Shown: positions 29,693-40,355, counted from the stretch's first letter. The stretch is 64,000 nucleotides of DNA from an uncultured Acidobacteriota bacterium (GCA_963777605.1 CAVZRV010000010.1:448001-512000); one strand, 5' to 3'. Numbers and translations: made by a program. Notes: a model not told the origin generated them from the sequence alone.

Positions 29693-31086
29693 CGCGCCAC
29701 CTCCCGGGCTCCCGCAGCCGGCCGGAGCGTCAGCCAGCTCCCTGCGGTATAGATGATCACCGTAATGAACCAGGCCGGCAGTGCCTTGAAAAAGATTTCG
29801 ACGGGGATCAGGAACGAGATCCCGATCGCGCCGACCCAGGCCAGAAATGCCGGCCAGTTGAAGAGAAGTCCGCGCTTCTCTGCGACATAACTGTCGAGTC
29901 CGAGCTTGGGGAAGAGCCAGAAATCGGCGAAAATCACCGCACCCATCGGCATCAGGAGGAGCCCGTAGAGGGCAACGAAGTCGAGCAGATTCATGACCAG
30001 CGCCGGAAAGAGCGCCGCGACCGTCGTCGCCAGCCCTGTGAAAAGAGTGACCTTCCAGCGCCTCCAGTTCGGGGTCGCGACCTGAAAGGCAAGTCCGGCC
30101 CGGTACAGTGTCGGGTTGGCGGTCGTCCAACCGGCAATCACAACGCAGACTGCACCGGCTACGCCGGCTCCGAGGTAGGCAATCGGACCAGGGGCCACGA
30201 CCCCCAGCGCCGCTGCACAGAGAATCCCCGATGCGATCCACGCAATGAAGTGACCCAGGTACATCCCCGCAGCGGAGGCAAAACCGTACTGCCACTTCTT
30301 CGCGTACCGCAGAATGGTCAGGTCGGACATCCCAATGTGCATGGCGAGGTTGCAGAACCAGGCAAAGAACATCACGTGCCAGAAGGTGAACTGAGTCTGC
30401 CCTGGAGTGACCGTTCCGGTCCAGATCTTCTCATTGGCCACTCGCCAGAAATCGCCCAGTGACGTGCACCCGAGCATCGGAAGAGCAGCGATACCTGCCG
30501 CGACAAAAACTAGAAACATCCACGGCACGCAGATCTTGGCGAACTGGGAAATCTTCTCGAATCCCAGGATCGCCAGCGCCGTGACAACAGCCCCGACCAG
30601 GAAAACCACAACCACCCAGGTGATACTCGTTGGAACGGTGTCCGAGAGCTCGGGCATGGGCATATTCAGCGGCAGGCCAACGGCCGTCGCAGCTACGGCG
30701 ATCATGGCTCCAGCCAGAAAGCAGAACATCAGTGCGTTGACGATCGAATAGAGGTAGGTCAGGTAAGGGCCGCAGATCTTCCTGAGCTGCCAGTAAAGAG
30801 TCAGGCGAGTCTTGACGGCGATCGGGGCACAGACGAAGGTCCAGCTAAGGACGGCCAGGAAGTTTCCCACGATCAGGCCCAGGAAAAGGTCGGCCGCGGT
30901 TACACCGTGGACAACAAAGAGGGGCCCGATGACAAACTCGGTCCCGGCCACGTGCTCGCCCGCGTACATCCCGAGAAAGCTCCGCAACCCGTAAAGGTGC
31001 TTCTCCGAGACCGGCTCCCGGTCGAACTCGTACATCGCGTCGAGCCGTTCCACCAACTTCGACCTGTTGTCCGCCGCCATCGGCAA
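29689..31086 (-). CDS. Purine-cytosine permease-like (NCS1/APC superfamily) transporter
   Basis: About 12 TM segments, EFDREPV, GEHVAGTEF, WTTANPTLYRAGLA. Confidence 0.8.
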   Translation of the reverse strand: MPMAADNRSKLVERLDAMYEFDREPVSEKHLYGLRSFLGMYAGEHVAGTEFVIGPLFVVHGVTAADLFLGLIVGNFLAVLSWTFVCAPIAVKTRLTLYWQLRKICGPYLTYLYSIVNALMFCFLAGAMIAVAATAVGLPLNMPMPELSDTVPTSITWVVVVFLVGAVVTALAILGFEKISQFAKICVPWMFLVFVAAGIAALPMLGCTSLGDFWRVANEKIWTGTVTPGQTQFTFWHVMFFAWFCNLAMHIGMSDLTILRYAKKWQYGFASAAGMYLGHFIAWIASGILCAAALGVVAPGPIAYLGAGVAGAVCVVIAGWTTANPTLYRAGLAFQVATPNWRRWKVTLFTGLATTVAALFPALVMNLLDFVALYGLLLMPMGAVIFADFWLFPKLGLDSYVAEKRGLLFNWPAFLAWVGAIGISFLIPVEIFFKALPAWFITVIIYTAGSWLTLRPAAGAREVAR

Positions 31087-31167
31087 CTCCTTCTCGTCCC
31101 TGCTATCCGCAAAAGGGTCAGCTTCGGCCTTGTGGCAGAAACACCCCGTCCGCTACCATGGGCAACC

Positions 31168-32418
31168 GTGCCCAATCACACTGCCCCCGACAATCCCAAG
31201 TCCGATCGAATTTACTACACCGATTCTTATGCGCAAGCGTTTTCTGCACGAGTGATCTCTCTGGCCGGCGGATATCCCAGCCCCGGCGTGATCCTGGAGA
31301 CGACTGCCTTTTATCCCGAATCGGGGGGACAGCCCTCCGACCGCGGGACGCTGGGACGACTGAAGATCATCGAGGTGATCGATACCGACTCGGGTATCGT
31401 CCATGTGGTGGAAGGCCCGCCCCCCGAGGTCGGAGAGGAAGTGCAGGGACGGATCGACTGGGACCGGCGTTTCGATCACATGCAACAGCACACCGGCCAG
31501 CACGTCCTCTCACAGGCGTTCATCGAAGTACTGGAAACTCCTACGATCGGCTTCCACATGGGAGAGTCGGTTTCGACCATCGACCTGGACGTCGACTCCG
31601 TCGCCCCCGAAGAGATCTCCCGGGTCGAGGCTCTGGCCAACCGGGTCGTCTTCGAGAACCGGCCGATCACGGTCCGGTTCGCCGATTCTTCCGAACAGGA
31701 AAGCCTGGGACTTCGCAAACCGTCTGAACGGTCCGGTCTGCTCAGGATCGTCGAGATCGCCGACTTCGACTGTTCGGCCTGCGGGGGAACCCATTGCAAC
31801 CAAACCGGAGAGGTCGGGCTGATCAAGGTTCGACGGCAGGAAAGGGTTCGTCAGAAAGCCCGGATTGAGTTCGTCTGCGGCTACCGTGCCCTCGCCGACT
31901 ACCAGTCGAAGACCGATCTCCTTGCGGCATCCTCCCAACTGCTGTCTATCGGCGAAGCCGATCTCCCTGCGGCGATAGAACGACAACTGGAGCAGCACAA
32001 GACCCTCCGAAAGGACCTCTCCCGCGCGCAGGACAAACTTCTCGAGTTCCAGGCGGCCCGGGCGGTCGAAGATGCCGAACAAGGGCGAGGTTACGAGGTC
32101 GTCAGCGGAGTCTGGGACGGTTTGGACATGGGTCAGCTCAACCGGTTGGCGGGAATGATTCTGCAGGATGCGGCGGCGAGGATCGCTATTCTCGGGGGAC
32201 GCGGTGCCCAGAGTTACCTGCTCTTCGGTCGGAGCCGAGATCTGTCCCAGATCGACCTCCGCCCGGTCATGGCCCGGGCGGCGGCCCTCGCGGGAGGACG
32301 AGGCGGCGGTTCGCCCGACCGATGCCAGGCAGGAGCCTGTAATGCGGAATCACTGAACGACGCGATTGAAACGGCGCGCAATGCGGTGAGAGACGGTGGA
32401 GGTCAAGGTGAAGATTGA
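31168..32418 (+). CDS. AlaX-type alanyl-tRNA editing protein with C-terminal DHHA1 domain
   Basis: TAFYPESGGQPSDRG, MQQHTGQH, CGGTH, GRGGG. Start GTG is inferred. Confidence 0.9.
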   Translation: MPNHTAPDNPKSDRIYYTDSYAQAFSARVISLAGGYPSPGVILETTAFYPESGGQPSDRGTLGRLKIIEVIDTDSGIVHVVEGPPPEVGEEVQGRIDWDRRFDHMQQHTGQHVLSQAFIEVLETPTIGFHMGESVSTIDLDVDSVAPEEISRVEALANRVVFENRPITVRFADSSEQESLGLRKPSERSGLLRIVEIADFDCSACGGTHCNQTGEVGLIKVRRQERVRQKARIEFVCGYRALADYQSKTDLLAASSQLLSIGEADLPAAIERQLEQHKTLRKDLSRAQDKLLEFQAARAVEDAEQGRGYEVVSGVWDGLDMGQLNRLAGMILQDAAARIAILGGRGAQSYLLFGRSRDLSQIDLRPVMARAAALAGGRGGGSPDRCQAGACNAESLNDAIETARNAVRDGGGQGED

Positions 32419-33790
32419 ATCAGCGAAGACGCGGACTGTGCGCAGCGGGAGTGTTTTCGGAATCCTCTGCCTGTTCGTTTTGCCCATGGCAGCAGCCCCC
32501 GTCTCCGATTTCATGCCTGAGATCCTACCTCTCAGGACAAGAGCCCGCATCATGGATCAGTGGCTCGAGCGCCGTCTCGACGAGGTCGTGCCGGACCTGA
32601 TGCGACGGGAAAACATCGACATGTGGGTCTTGATCGCCGAGGAATACAATGACGACCCGGTTATGAAGACGATGCTTCCGGGGACCTGGTTTACCGCCCG
32701 GCGCAGAACGATCCTGGTCTTCTTCGACCCGGGAAATTCCGGAAAACTCGAGCGTCTTGCGGTCTCCCGCTACAGTGTCGGGACTCTCTTTGAGACGGCC
32801 TGGAACAAGCAGGAACAGCCCGACCAGTGGGCCTGCCTTCGCGACATCATCGCCGCCCGATCCCCTCGCAAAATCGCGATCAGCCAGTCCAGCGTTTTCT
32901 CACAGGCCGACGGCCTGTCCGCGTCCACCCACGAAGCATTTCTCCATTCTCTGCCGGCGAGGTTCGAAAAACGAATCGTCTCCGGCGAGCGGCTCGCCAC
33001 AGGCTGGCTGGAAACCCGGACTTCTGCAGAGATGGAAGCATATCCGCAACTCTGCCGAATCGCTCACCGAATCATTGAGGAAGGTCTCTCGGACACGGCG
33101 CTCACTCCGGGCATCACTACCACGGCCGACCTGGAGTGGTGGTTCAGGGAAAGGGTGGCGCAACTTCGGCTTTCGACGTGGTTTCACCCGACCGTCTCGG
33201 TGCAGCGCGCAGAGGAAGAGTCGGACCGCTCGTTCTCGGAGCACCCGGATGCGGTGGTGATTGAACCCGGGGACCTGATTCACGTCGATTTTGGAATCAC
33301 CTACCTCGGGCTGAACACCGACACCCAGCAGCACGCCTATGTCCTCAAGCGGGGAGAGACTGACGCCCCCCAAGGACTGAGAGAAGGGCTCCGGATCGGA
33401 AACCGGCTCCAGGACATCCTGATGGCACAATTCGCCGCCGGGAAAACGGGGAACGACATCCTCAAGTCGGCCCTGGCGGCAGCCGGCGGCGAGGGCATCA
33501 GGGCGTCGATCTACAGCCATCCGCTCGGTTACCACGGTCACGCCGCAGGTCCGACAATCGGCTTGTGGGACCAGCAGGACGGAGTCCCCGGCGCGGGCGA
33601 TTACCCGGTCTATCCTTCCACCGCCTACTCGATCGAACTCAACGCCACAGTTTCCGTCCCGGAATGGGGAAACCGCGATGTTCGAATCATGCTCGAAGAA
33701 GATGCTTTCTTCGACGGATCGTCAATCGGGTTCATCGACGGACGACAAACCAGTCTCTGGCTGATCCCCCGATCGTTTAACGCTCAGTGA
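32408..33790 (+). CDS. Exported M24 (Xaa-Pro aminopeptidase-like) peptidase
   Basis: HVDFGI..NTDTQ, HPLGYHGH..GP, SIE, LEED. Signal peptide-like N-terminus. Confidence 0.85.
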   Translation: MKIESAKTRTVRSGSVFGILCLFVLPMAAAPVSDFMPEILPLRTRARIMDQWLERRLDEVVPDLMRRENIDMWVLIAEEYNDDPVMKTMLPGTWFTARRRTILVFFDPGNSGKLERLAVSRYSVGTLFETAWNKQEQPDQWACLRDIIAARSPRKIAISQSSVFSQADGLSASTHEAFLHSLPARFEKRIVSGERLATGWLETRTSAEMEAYPQLCRIAHRIIEEGLSDTALTPGITTTADLEWWFRERVAQLRLSTWFHPTVSVQRAEEESDRSFSEHPDAVVIEPGDLIHVDFGITYLGLNTDTQQHAYVLKRGETDAPQGLREGLRIGNRLQDILMAQFAAGKTGNDILKSALAAAGGEGIRASIYSHPLGYHGHAAGPTIGLWDQQDGVPGAGDYPVYPSTAYSIELNATVSVPEWGNRDVRIMLEEDAFFDGSSIGFIDGRQTSLWLIPRSFNAQ

Positions 33791-36700
33791 GAGCGATTCT
33801 GGTACGGCGGCCGCTTCGGGTCCACCGGCGGGTGGGTCTGGATCAAGCGCATGGCTTCCTCGACGGCGCGCTCGATCTGCGGATCACGCCCGCGGGCCAT
33901 CTCGGTTGGATTCTCTTCGACCCGGATATCCGGCTCCACTCCCTTTCCTTCCGCAAACCACTTCCCTTCGGGATCGTACATCCGGAAGGTGGGCACCGTA
34001 ACTCTGCCGCCGTCCACCAGGCCCGGAACGCCCGAGATTCCGATCAGTCCACCCCAGGTCGGCATTCCGACCAACGGCCCCAGGCCGGCCTCACGGAAGT
34101 AGAACGGAAAGGCGTCTCCGCCCGACCCGCTCCAGCCGTTGATCATCATGACCTTGGGCCCGAAGTGGGCAACCGGGGGAGTCTGCCAGTCTTCCCCGTT
34201 GCGGACAGCCCAGAAACTGAGCGGCTTCCGGTTGAGCAATTCGATGAAGCGATCCGGGATCTGTCCTCCGTTGTTGAAGCGCTCGTCAACGATCAGGGCT
34301 TTCCGTTTGAACTGGGCGTAAAACTGCCGGACCAGTTCCGTCTGGCCGTCGATCCCGGTACTGGGAACGTAGATGTATCCCGCGTCGCCGCCGCTGAGTT
34401 CATCCACCCGCCGGCGGTTCTCTTCGATCCAGGCCAAGTTCCGAAGTCGGGCTTCGCTCGCAAGGGTCTTGACGAGCACCTGCCGGGCACCCTCCTGATC
34501 GGGGGTACTGTTCACCGTCAGTTGCACCGTCTCGTTATCCAGGCCCTGGAACGCCGCCCACGGATCTTTGCTGGTGTCGAGTTCGACCCCGTTTACCGCC
34601 AGGATGTAGTCCCCCTCATCGAGATCGACCGCGGGTTCATCGACAGGCGACCGTACTTCGGTGTCCCACGCGGCGCCGCGAATAATCTTCTTCACCCGGT
34701 AAGCACCATTTTCGAGTGACCAGTCGATTCCCAGGAGGCCAACTCCCCGGTGCTCGGCCCGTTCTTCGTCGCCGCCGGCCCGGTAGGTGTGGGAGGAGTT
34801 CAGTTCGGCGATCAGTTCACCAATGACGAAGTTGACGTCGAACCGGGTCACACAATCATCGATCAGCGGACCGTAGCGTTCCTTCATGGCGAGCCAGTCA
34901 ACCCCGTGCATGTTGGGATCGTAGAAGTAGTCCCGCTCGAACCGCCAGGCATCGCTGAATACCTGGTGCCATTCCTTGCGAGGATCAACCGTCGTCTGGA
35001 GATCTCCGGTGGCCAGTTTCTTCTTGACTTCCTGGCCCGGGGCGACGTCGATGATGGCCCAGAAATCCCGCTGAAGGACGAGTAACTTCTTGCCGTCGAA
35101 CGAGAGCGAATACCCGTCGAGGCCAGAAAGGATTGTCTTCTCTTCCCTTTCCTTCAGGTCGTAGTAGACGAGATCGCTCTTGGCACCCTCCTGGGGCTCG
35201 GTCCGGGGCAGGCGGAGGTAGAGGACTTTGCCCGCCACCGCCCTGAGCGATCCGTAATTGCCCGCCTTCGGAGGCAGGATTACAACCCGCCGTTCGAAGC
35301 CCTCCGGGTCGAGTGCGACACTTTTCACAGGCTCAGTAGACGGCCCATTTTCGGCAGAGCTGGAGGTTTTCCCCTGCAAAGGTTCCCCGGACTTCGATTC
35401 TCCGGCATCCGCCTCGCCGGAACCATGGCCCACCGATTCCACATCGTTCCGGGGAGCAAGGGGGGATTTCCCGGCTGTGGTCAGGGGGACGGCGGCGATT
35501 TCAGTCGCGTTGACATAGACCCAGGAGTTGTCGAAATCACTGTAGGCAGGATCGAACGACCGGTTGGTCAGGAAGTACAAGAACTTTCCTTCGGGATCGA
35601 AAACTGGGTTGGTGTCATCGTAATAACCGGAAGTAAGCTGGTGTTTCGAGCCCTCCTTGACATCGTAAACCCAGATCGCGTGGTTTCGGGTGTCCTCTTC
35701 CAGGGAATAGACCAACCAGCGTGAATCGGAGGACCAGGAGGGACGGGCTGCAGCGAGCGGCCCGTGGGTCATGTACTTCCCCTGGTCGATTACGGTTGTC
35801 TCCCCAGAATCTCGATCGAAGACCTGGAGCTTCATCGCACTGTCGACAAAGGCCAGCTTGCGGTTGTCCGGCGACCAGAACAGGGAGTAACGAAACCCGG
35901 GTCCCAGGGAAGTCAATTTTTGCTCCTCTCCCGTTCCATCCGCATTTCGAATCGTCAATTCGTACTCGCCGGATCGATCGCTCCAGTAAGCCACCGTCTT
36001 ACCATCCGGAGACCAGGCCGGGGATCGTTCAGCAACGCCCGAATCCCGGGTGAGGTTGAGGATTACGCCGTGTTCGGCGGGAACCGTGAAGACATCACCA
36101 CGCGCCTCGAAGATGGCCCTCTTACCGGTCGGCGACAGCGATGCGGACTCGATCAGCCGGGACACGTTCTCGTCCCGCGGACGCAGCGTCCGCTCGTCGG
36201 TCACGACGTCGATGTGAACTTCGTGGATCTTTTCGCCGTCGAGCTCCAGAAGATAGAGGAGGCCCCCCGCTTCGAACACGATCTCCCTGGGTCCAATCGA
36301 CGGGAAGTGGATGTCAAACTTGTCGAAGCGGGTCACCTGGCGGAACTCGTCCTTGTCGAGGTCGTAGGCCCAGACGTTCTCCCTCATTTCGGGACCCCGG
36401 TCGGAGAGGAAATAAAGGGTGTTCCCATGCCACATGGGGACCGAGTCATTTGCCGGACTGTTGGTCACGTTGCGGGACTCGTAAGTCTCGAGGTTAAAGA
36501 GCCAGATGTCCGGGTTCATTCCTCCCCGGTACCGCTTCCAGGTCCTGAAATCCCTGGTCCTCGGGGTGTAGGCGAGCCACTTGCCGTCAGGGGAAATCGA
36601 TCCGAACTCCCCGTAGGGCAAGGGGAGCTTGTCGGGCAGGCCACCCTGGCGGGCCACCTTGTAGAACTGGTTGAAGCGCTGCTTCCCGCTTTCACGCGGG

Positions 36701-37086
36701 CTCGCAACGAGCAGGGACTTGCCGTCAGGGTACCAATCCGACAGCCTGTCCGCCATGGGGTGATAGGTGAGGCGCAAGGGCAGCCCACCCTCGCGGTTGA
36801 TCACGTAAATGTCTTCATTCCCGTCGTAGTTACCCGTGAAAGCGATCTGCGATCCGTCAGGTGAAAAGCGGGGGAACAGTTCCTCCCCCGGAGGCGAACT
36901 GAGGCGGTTGGCGGTTCCGCCCTCCTTGGGCACGACCCAGATGTCGCCGCCAAAGACGAAGGTGATCTCACGATCCGAAACATCCGGTTGGCGAAGCATC
37001 CTGGCATTGACCTGGGCCCGGGATTCCCCGGTGCCGAGCCAACTGCACATCAGCACAACCAGAACCATCAACAGTCTCTTAGGCAT
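33784..37086 (-). CDS. Tricorn protease (S41B), exported
   Basis: WD40/PD40 propeller repeats (FSPDG), ELNSSHTY, PDZ-like segment, DERFNNGG, SGSGGD, TWGG. Confidence 0.95.
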   Translation of the reverse strand: MPKRLLMVLVVLMCSWLGTGESRAQVNARMLRQPDVSDREITFVFGGDIWVVPKEGGTANRLSSPPGEELFPRFSPDGSQIAFTGNYDGNEDIYVINREGGLPLRLTYHPMADRLSDWYPDGKSLLVASPRESGKQRFNQFYKVARQGGLPDKLPLPYGEFGSISPDGKWLAYTPRTRDFRTWKRYRGGMNPDIWLFNLETYESRNVTNSPANDSVPMWHGNTLYFLSDRGPEMRENVWAYDLDKDEFRQVTRFDKFDIHFPSIGPREIVFEAGGLLYLLELDGEKIHEVHIDVVTDERTLRPRDENVSRLIESASLSPTGKRAIFEARGDVFTVPAEHGVILNLTRDSGVAERSPAWSPDGKTVAYWSDRSGEYELTIRNADGTGEEQKLTSLGPGFRYSLFWSPDNRKLAFVDSAMKLQVFDRDSGETTVIDQGKYMTHGPLAAARPSWSSDSRWLVYSLEEDTRNHAIWVYDVKEGSKHQLTSGYYDDTNPVFDPEGKFLYFLTNRSFDPAYSDFDNSWVYVNATEIAAVPLTTAGKSPLAPRNDVESVGHGSGEADAGESKSGEPLQGKTSSSAENGPSTEPVKSVALDPEGFERRVVILPPKAGNYGSLRAVAGKVLYLRLPRTEPQEGAKSDLVYYDLKEREEKTILSGLDGYSLSFDGKKLLVLQRDFWAIIDVAPGQEVKKKLATGDLQTTVDPRKEWHQVFSDAWRFERDYFYDPNMHGVDWLAMKERYGPLIDDCVTRFDVNFVIGELIAELNSSHTYRAGGDEERAEHRGVGLLGIDWSLENGAYRVKKIIRGAAWDTEVRSPVDEPAVDLDEGDYILAVNGVELDTSKDPWAAFQGLDNETVQLTVNSTPDQEGARQVLVKTLASEARLRNLAWIEENRRRVDELSGGDAGYIYVPSTGIDGQTELVRQFYAQFKRKALIVDERFNNGGQIPDRFIELLNRKPLSFWAVRNGEDWQTPPVAHFGPKVMMINGWSGSGGDAFPFYFREAGLGPLVGMPTWGGLIGISGVPGLVDGGRVTVPTFRMYDPEGKWFAEGKGVEPDIRVEENPTEMARGRDPQIERAVEEAMRLIQTHPPVDPKRPPYQNRSH

Positions 37087-37178
37087 GGGTTACTCCGAAT
37101 CAGTTCGACTGGTTTCTCACGTCGCTTAACGGAACAAGGTATCGAGGCTCCACCCAGGGAGCCTGGTTTCTGCAGCGC

Positions 37179-37598
37179 TCAACGCAACGACATCAAGTAG
37201 GCGACGACCGCCTCGGCATCCTCGCGGGACATTCGAAACTGCGGCATCGGCGGACGGGGTTGCTGACCACTGACTCGATGTCCGTTCATGAGCAGGAAAA
37301 CCGCGTCTCCCTCCGTCCAACCGGGAAGGCGGGCGATCGTGGGAGCACGGAACGCCCACGGGGTGTTCGGGTATGGGGAGGTCATCGGGATTGGGGCACC
37401 TTCCAGAAGCCGGCTGAGATCCAGGTTACCCCGTGAATTCCGGGGCGTGTGGCACTGGATGCACTGGGCGACGTTGTGAACCAGGTATTTTCCGCGCTCC
37501 ACAGGGGTGCCATCTTCCCCCGACACAGTGATAGTCTCCAACTGAAAGAATCCAGCGCAAAACAGAATTGACAAACCAAGCAAAAGATATCGCCGCAT
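37179..37598 (-). CDS. Mono-heme c-type cytochrome, exported
   Basis: Signal peptide, ERGKYL..CIQCHTP, PMP distal Met, AVVAYLMSL. Confidence 0.9.
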   Translation of the reverse strand: MRRYLLLGLSILFCAGFFQLETITVSGEDGTPVERGKYLVHNVAQCIQCHTPRNSRGNLDLSRLLEGAPIPMTSPYPNTPWAFRAPTIARLPGWTEGDAVFLLMNGHRVSGQQPRPPMPQFRMSREDAEAVVAYLMSLR

Positions 37599-37649
37599 TG
37601 AGTATTGCCCTCCCAGACCAGGTGTTTCGTCCGGCCGAATAAGATGATA

Positions 37650-39167
37650 TCAAAGGAGATCAGGCTCGGTAGCCCGCGACGCCCCGTTTCTCAGCCGGGT
37701 CAGAAGAATACCCACGAGCAAGACTGTCAGGGTGCCGACGACCGTGATCATAAAGGAGTGAAACGGACTGCTCAAGAAACGGAGAGACTCGGGCCAGGCG
37801 TCAGTGGGAGAGAGCGTTGCCCAGAAGATCACCAAAACTCCGACGGTGACGGCGATTGCCGCCTCCGCTCCCCGCGCCCGGCGGGCGATCAGTCCGAGTA
37901 GAAACAGCCCGAGCATACCTCCGCTGAAGACACCCGATAGCTTCCACCAGGCGTCCAGAATCGTCCCAACCCGGATCATCGCGAGGGCGGTTGCCGTGCC
38001 GGCGATCCCCCAGCCCAGGGAGGCGAGGTAGAGGACGCGCATTGACTCCCGCTCTCCGGCTTCAGGCCGGAAATACCGCTTGTAGATATCACACAGCGTC
38101 AACGTCGCCGACGAGTTCAGCGAGGTGTCGATGCTGCTCATGGCAGCCGCCAGGATTGCGGCCAGCAGGAGCCCGGTCACTCCGACCGGCAACTGGTGAA
38201 CGATGAAGTGAGGGAAGACCTCGTCGGGACGGAGGTTTTGAATTGCGGCCAGGAGTTCGGGATGAACCGAGTAATAGGCGTAGAGGGCGGTCCCGATGAA
38301 AAAGAGCAAGGCCGAAACAGGGACGTAGAGCAGAGTCGCCAGCCAGACACTGCCGGCCGCGTCCCGGTCGCTCCGGGCCGCGCTGTAGCGCTGGACGAAG
38401 CTCTGGTCGATGCCGAAATTCTGGAGGTTCATGAAGAGGCTGTATAGGAGCACGACCCAGACGCTGGGCTCGACAAAGGAGAATGCCGTACTTCCGAGAC
38501 TGAATTTTCCGTGTTCGGAGGCCAGGGCAACGAGATGGGACGGGCCGCCCGGGAAGGTGAACAGGAGATAACCGGCCGAAACCAGCATGCCGCCGCCGAG
38601 AACGAAACTTTGCACCACATCGGTCCAGATCACGGCCTCAACTCCACCGACCATGGTGTAGAGAGTCACGAGGACTCCGGTCATGAGGATGATCGTGACA
38701 ACACTCCATCCGGTCACCGGGGAAAGTGCCAGTGCGACCAGCAGGAGCACCGTGCCGATCCGGGCAAACTGGGTGAGGAGATAACAAAAAACAGCGTAGG
38801 TACGTGCCCATCCACCAAATCGACGCTCCAGGTGAGCATAAGCCGATATTTCTCCACTGGAACGATAAAAGGGGACGAAGTAGCGCACGGCGATCACTGC
38901 GGCAACCGGCAACCCGAGGCTGAAAACGAAGGGATTCCAGTTCGACTGGTAACTCTTCCCTGGGTTTGCCAGAAAGCTGATACTGCTGACGTAGGTCCCG
39001 AATATGCTCAGTCCCACGACCCATCCCGGTAGCGACCGGCCGGCCACCATGAAGTTCACCGCGATCCGGCTCCGCTGGAAGAACCGACAGCCCAAACCCA
39101 CTATCAGCGCCAGGTAGAGAGCCAGGACCACAACATCCGCAACAGGTAAAGGGCTATTCAATGGCAC
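37650..39167 (-). CDS. Sodium:solute symporter (SiaT-like)
   Basis: SIFGTYVSSISFL, GGVEAVIWTDVVQ, DQSFVQRY, AAAMSSIDTSLNS. Confidence 0.92.
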   Translation of the reverse strand: MPLNSPLPVADVVVLALYLALIVGLGCRFFQRSRIAVNFMVAGRSLPGWVVGLSIFGTYVSSISFLANPGKSYQSNWNPFVFSLGLPVAAVIAVRYFVPFYRSSGEISAYAHLERRFGGWARTYAVFCYLLTQFARIGTVLLLVALALSPVTGWSVVTIILMTGVLVTLYTMVGGVEAVIWTDVVQSFVLGGGMLVSAGYLLFTFPGGPSHLVALASEHGKFSLGSTAFSFVEPSVWVVLLYSLFMNLQNFGIDQSFVQRYSAARSDRDAAGSVWLATLLYVPVSALLFFIGTALYAYYSVHPELLAAIQNLRPDEVFPHFIVHQLPVGVTGLLLAAILAAAMSSIDTSLNSSATLTLCDIYKRYFRPEAGERESMRVLYLASLGWGIAGTATALAMIRVGTILDAWWKLSGVFSGGMLGLFLLGLIARRARGAEAAIAVTVGVLVIFWATLSPTDAWPESLRFLSSPFHSFMITVVGTLTVLLVGILLTRLRNGASRATEPDLL

Positions 39168-39221
39168 AATCCATCCGTTGGTTCAGGCTCGGGAATCTGC
39201 ACTCGCGACCCGTCGCCAGAT

Positions 39222-40355
39222 TCAACGCGGCCCCTCAGCCAGTTTGACCGCGTCCTGGGGCCATTCTCCGCCTCGGATAACCGGCCCATTGAGGCGGGAA
39301 GGATCCAGAACCACGTGCTTGATCCGCTGGCGCTTCCAGGTATAGGTAATGTGCACGAAACCGTCCTTCGCCTGGATCACCGCGGGGTAGGAGAACTCCT
39401 CTCCCGGCGTGTTCTCGAGTACCAGCACTGCCTTCCAGTTCTCGCCGTCGCTGCTGACCGCGACGTTCAGCATCTCCCGGTCGGAAGGATTCGGACCACC
39501 CCGAACGGTGTGGTTGTATACCAATACTCTCCGGCCGTCCGCCAGCGTGACTGCGTCGAAGCCTGCATTGGGGTTGGGGAGAACCGTGGGGCTAAGTTCC
39601 GACCAGGTCCTTCCCCCGTCGCGCGACCAGGCCTGCAGGATTTTCCCCTTGCCGTTGCGGTTGCGACACAGCATCTGGATCCGGTCAGGCCCGTAAGTGA
39701 GGAAGGTCGGCTGGATCGCGGCGACTTCCTTGCCATCGTTCAGGGGACCAGTCCGGACCCACTCCAGGCCCTGGTTGCCGGTCCACTCCAGGTGTATGCG
39801 CCATCCCTGGTCTTCCGTGCTCGCGCCGCAGAGGATCGGGCCGTCCGCCGGCTGGATCGGCTTGTTCTTGATCGGCCCCAGGATCCCTTCGGGCAACCGC
39901 CGCCCCGGAGACCAGGTGATGCCCCGGTCCTTGCTCAGGCTGACCAATCCCCACCACTGACGGGGATTGGGACCAACCTTGTAGAACAGCATCAATGGCC
40001 CGTCTTTGGGCCGGAACAGGACCGGATTCCAGCATGGGTAACGGTGTTGGCCGTCACCGGCCAGAGTGTACTGCACCCCGTCGGCCACCTCTACTGGCGC
40101 CGACCACTCTCCGCCGGTCAGTCGGGAAAGCCAGATACCCACGTTCGGTTCACCCTCCCCGTCGCCTCCAAACCAGGCGGCAGCGAACTGACCCGCGTCC
40201 GCCTCCACGATAGTGGAGGCATGACAACTTGCGAACGGAGCAGACTCAAATATGAACTCTGTCTTCACCACGCTTCCCGCAGAAAACCCCGAAGCCGGAA
40301 ATCCCGAGAACATACAAACCAGGCCCCACAACAGCATCGATCGAATTTCGTTCAT
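39222..40355 (-). CDS. Exported BNR-repeat sialidase-family protein
   Basis: Signal peptide MNEIRSMLLWG.., CHASTIVE, WNPVL, Asp-boxes SKDRGITWS / SRDGGRTWS / SSDGENW, EFSYP. Confidence 0.85.
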   Translation of the reverse strand: MNEIRSMLLWGLVCMFSGFPASGFSAGSVVKTEFIFESAPFASCHASTIVEADAGQFAAAWFGGDGEGEPNVGIWLSRLTGGEWSAPVEVADGVQYTLAGDGQHRYPCWNPVLFRPKDGPLMLFYKVGPNPRQWWGLVSLSKDRGITWSPGRRLPEGILGPIKNKPIQPADGPILCGASTEDQGWRIHLEWTGNQGLEWVRTGPLNDGKEVAAIQPTFLTYGPDRIQMLCRNRNGKGKILQAWSRDGGRTWSELSPTVLPNPNAGFDAVTLADGRRVLVYNHTVRGGPNPSDREMLNVAVSSDGENWKAVLVLENTPGEEFSYPAVIQAKDGFVHITYTWKRQRIKHVVLDPSRLNGPVIRGGEWPQDAVKLAEGPR

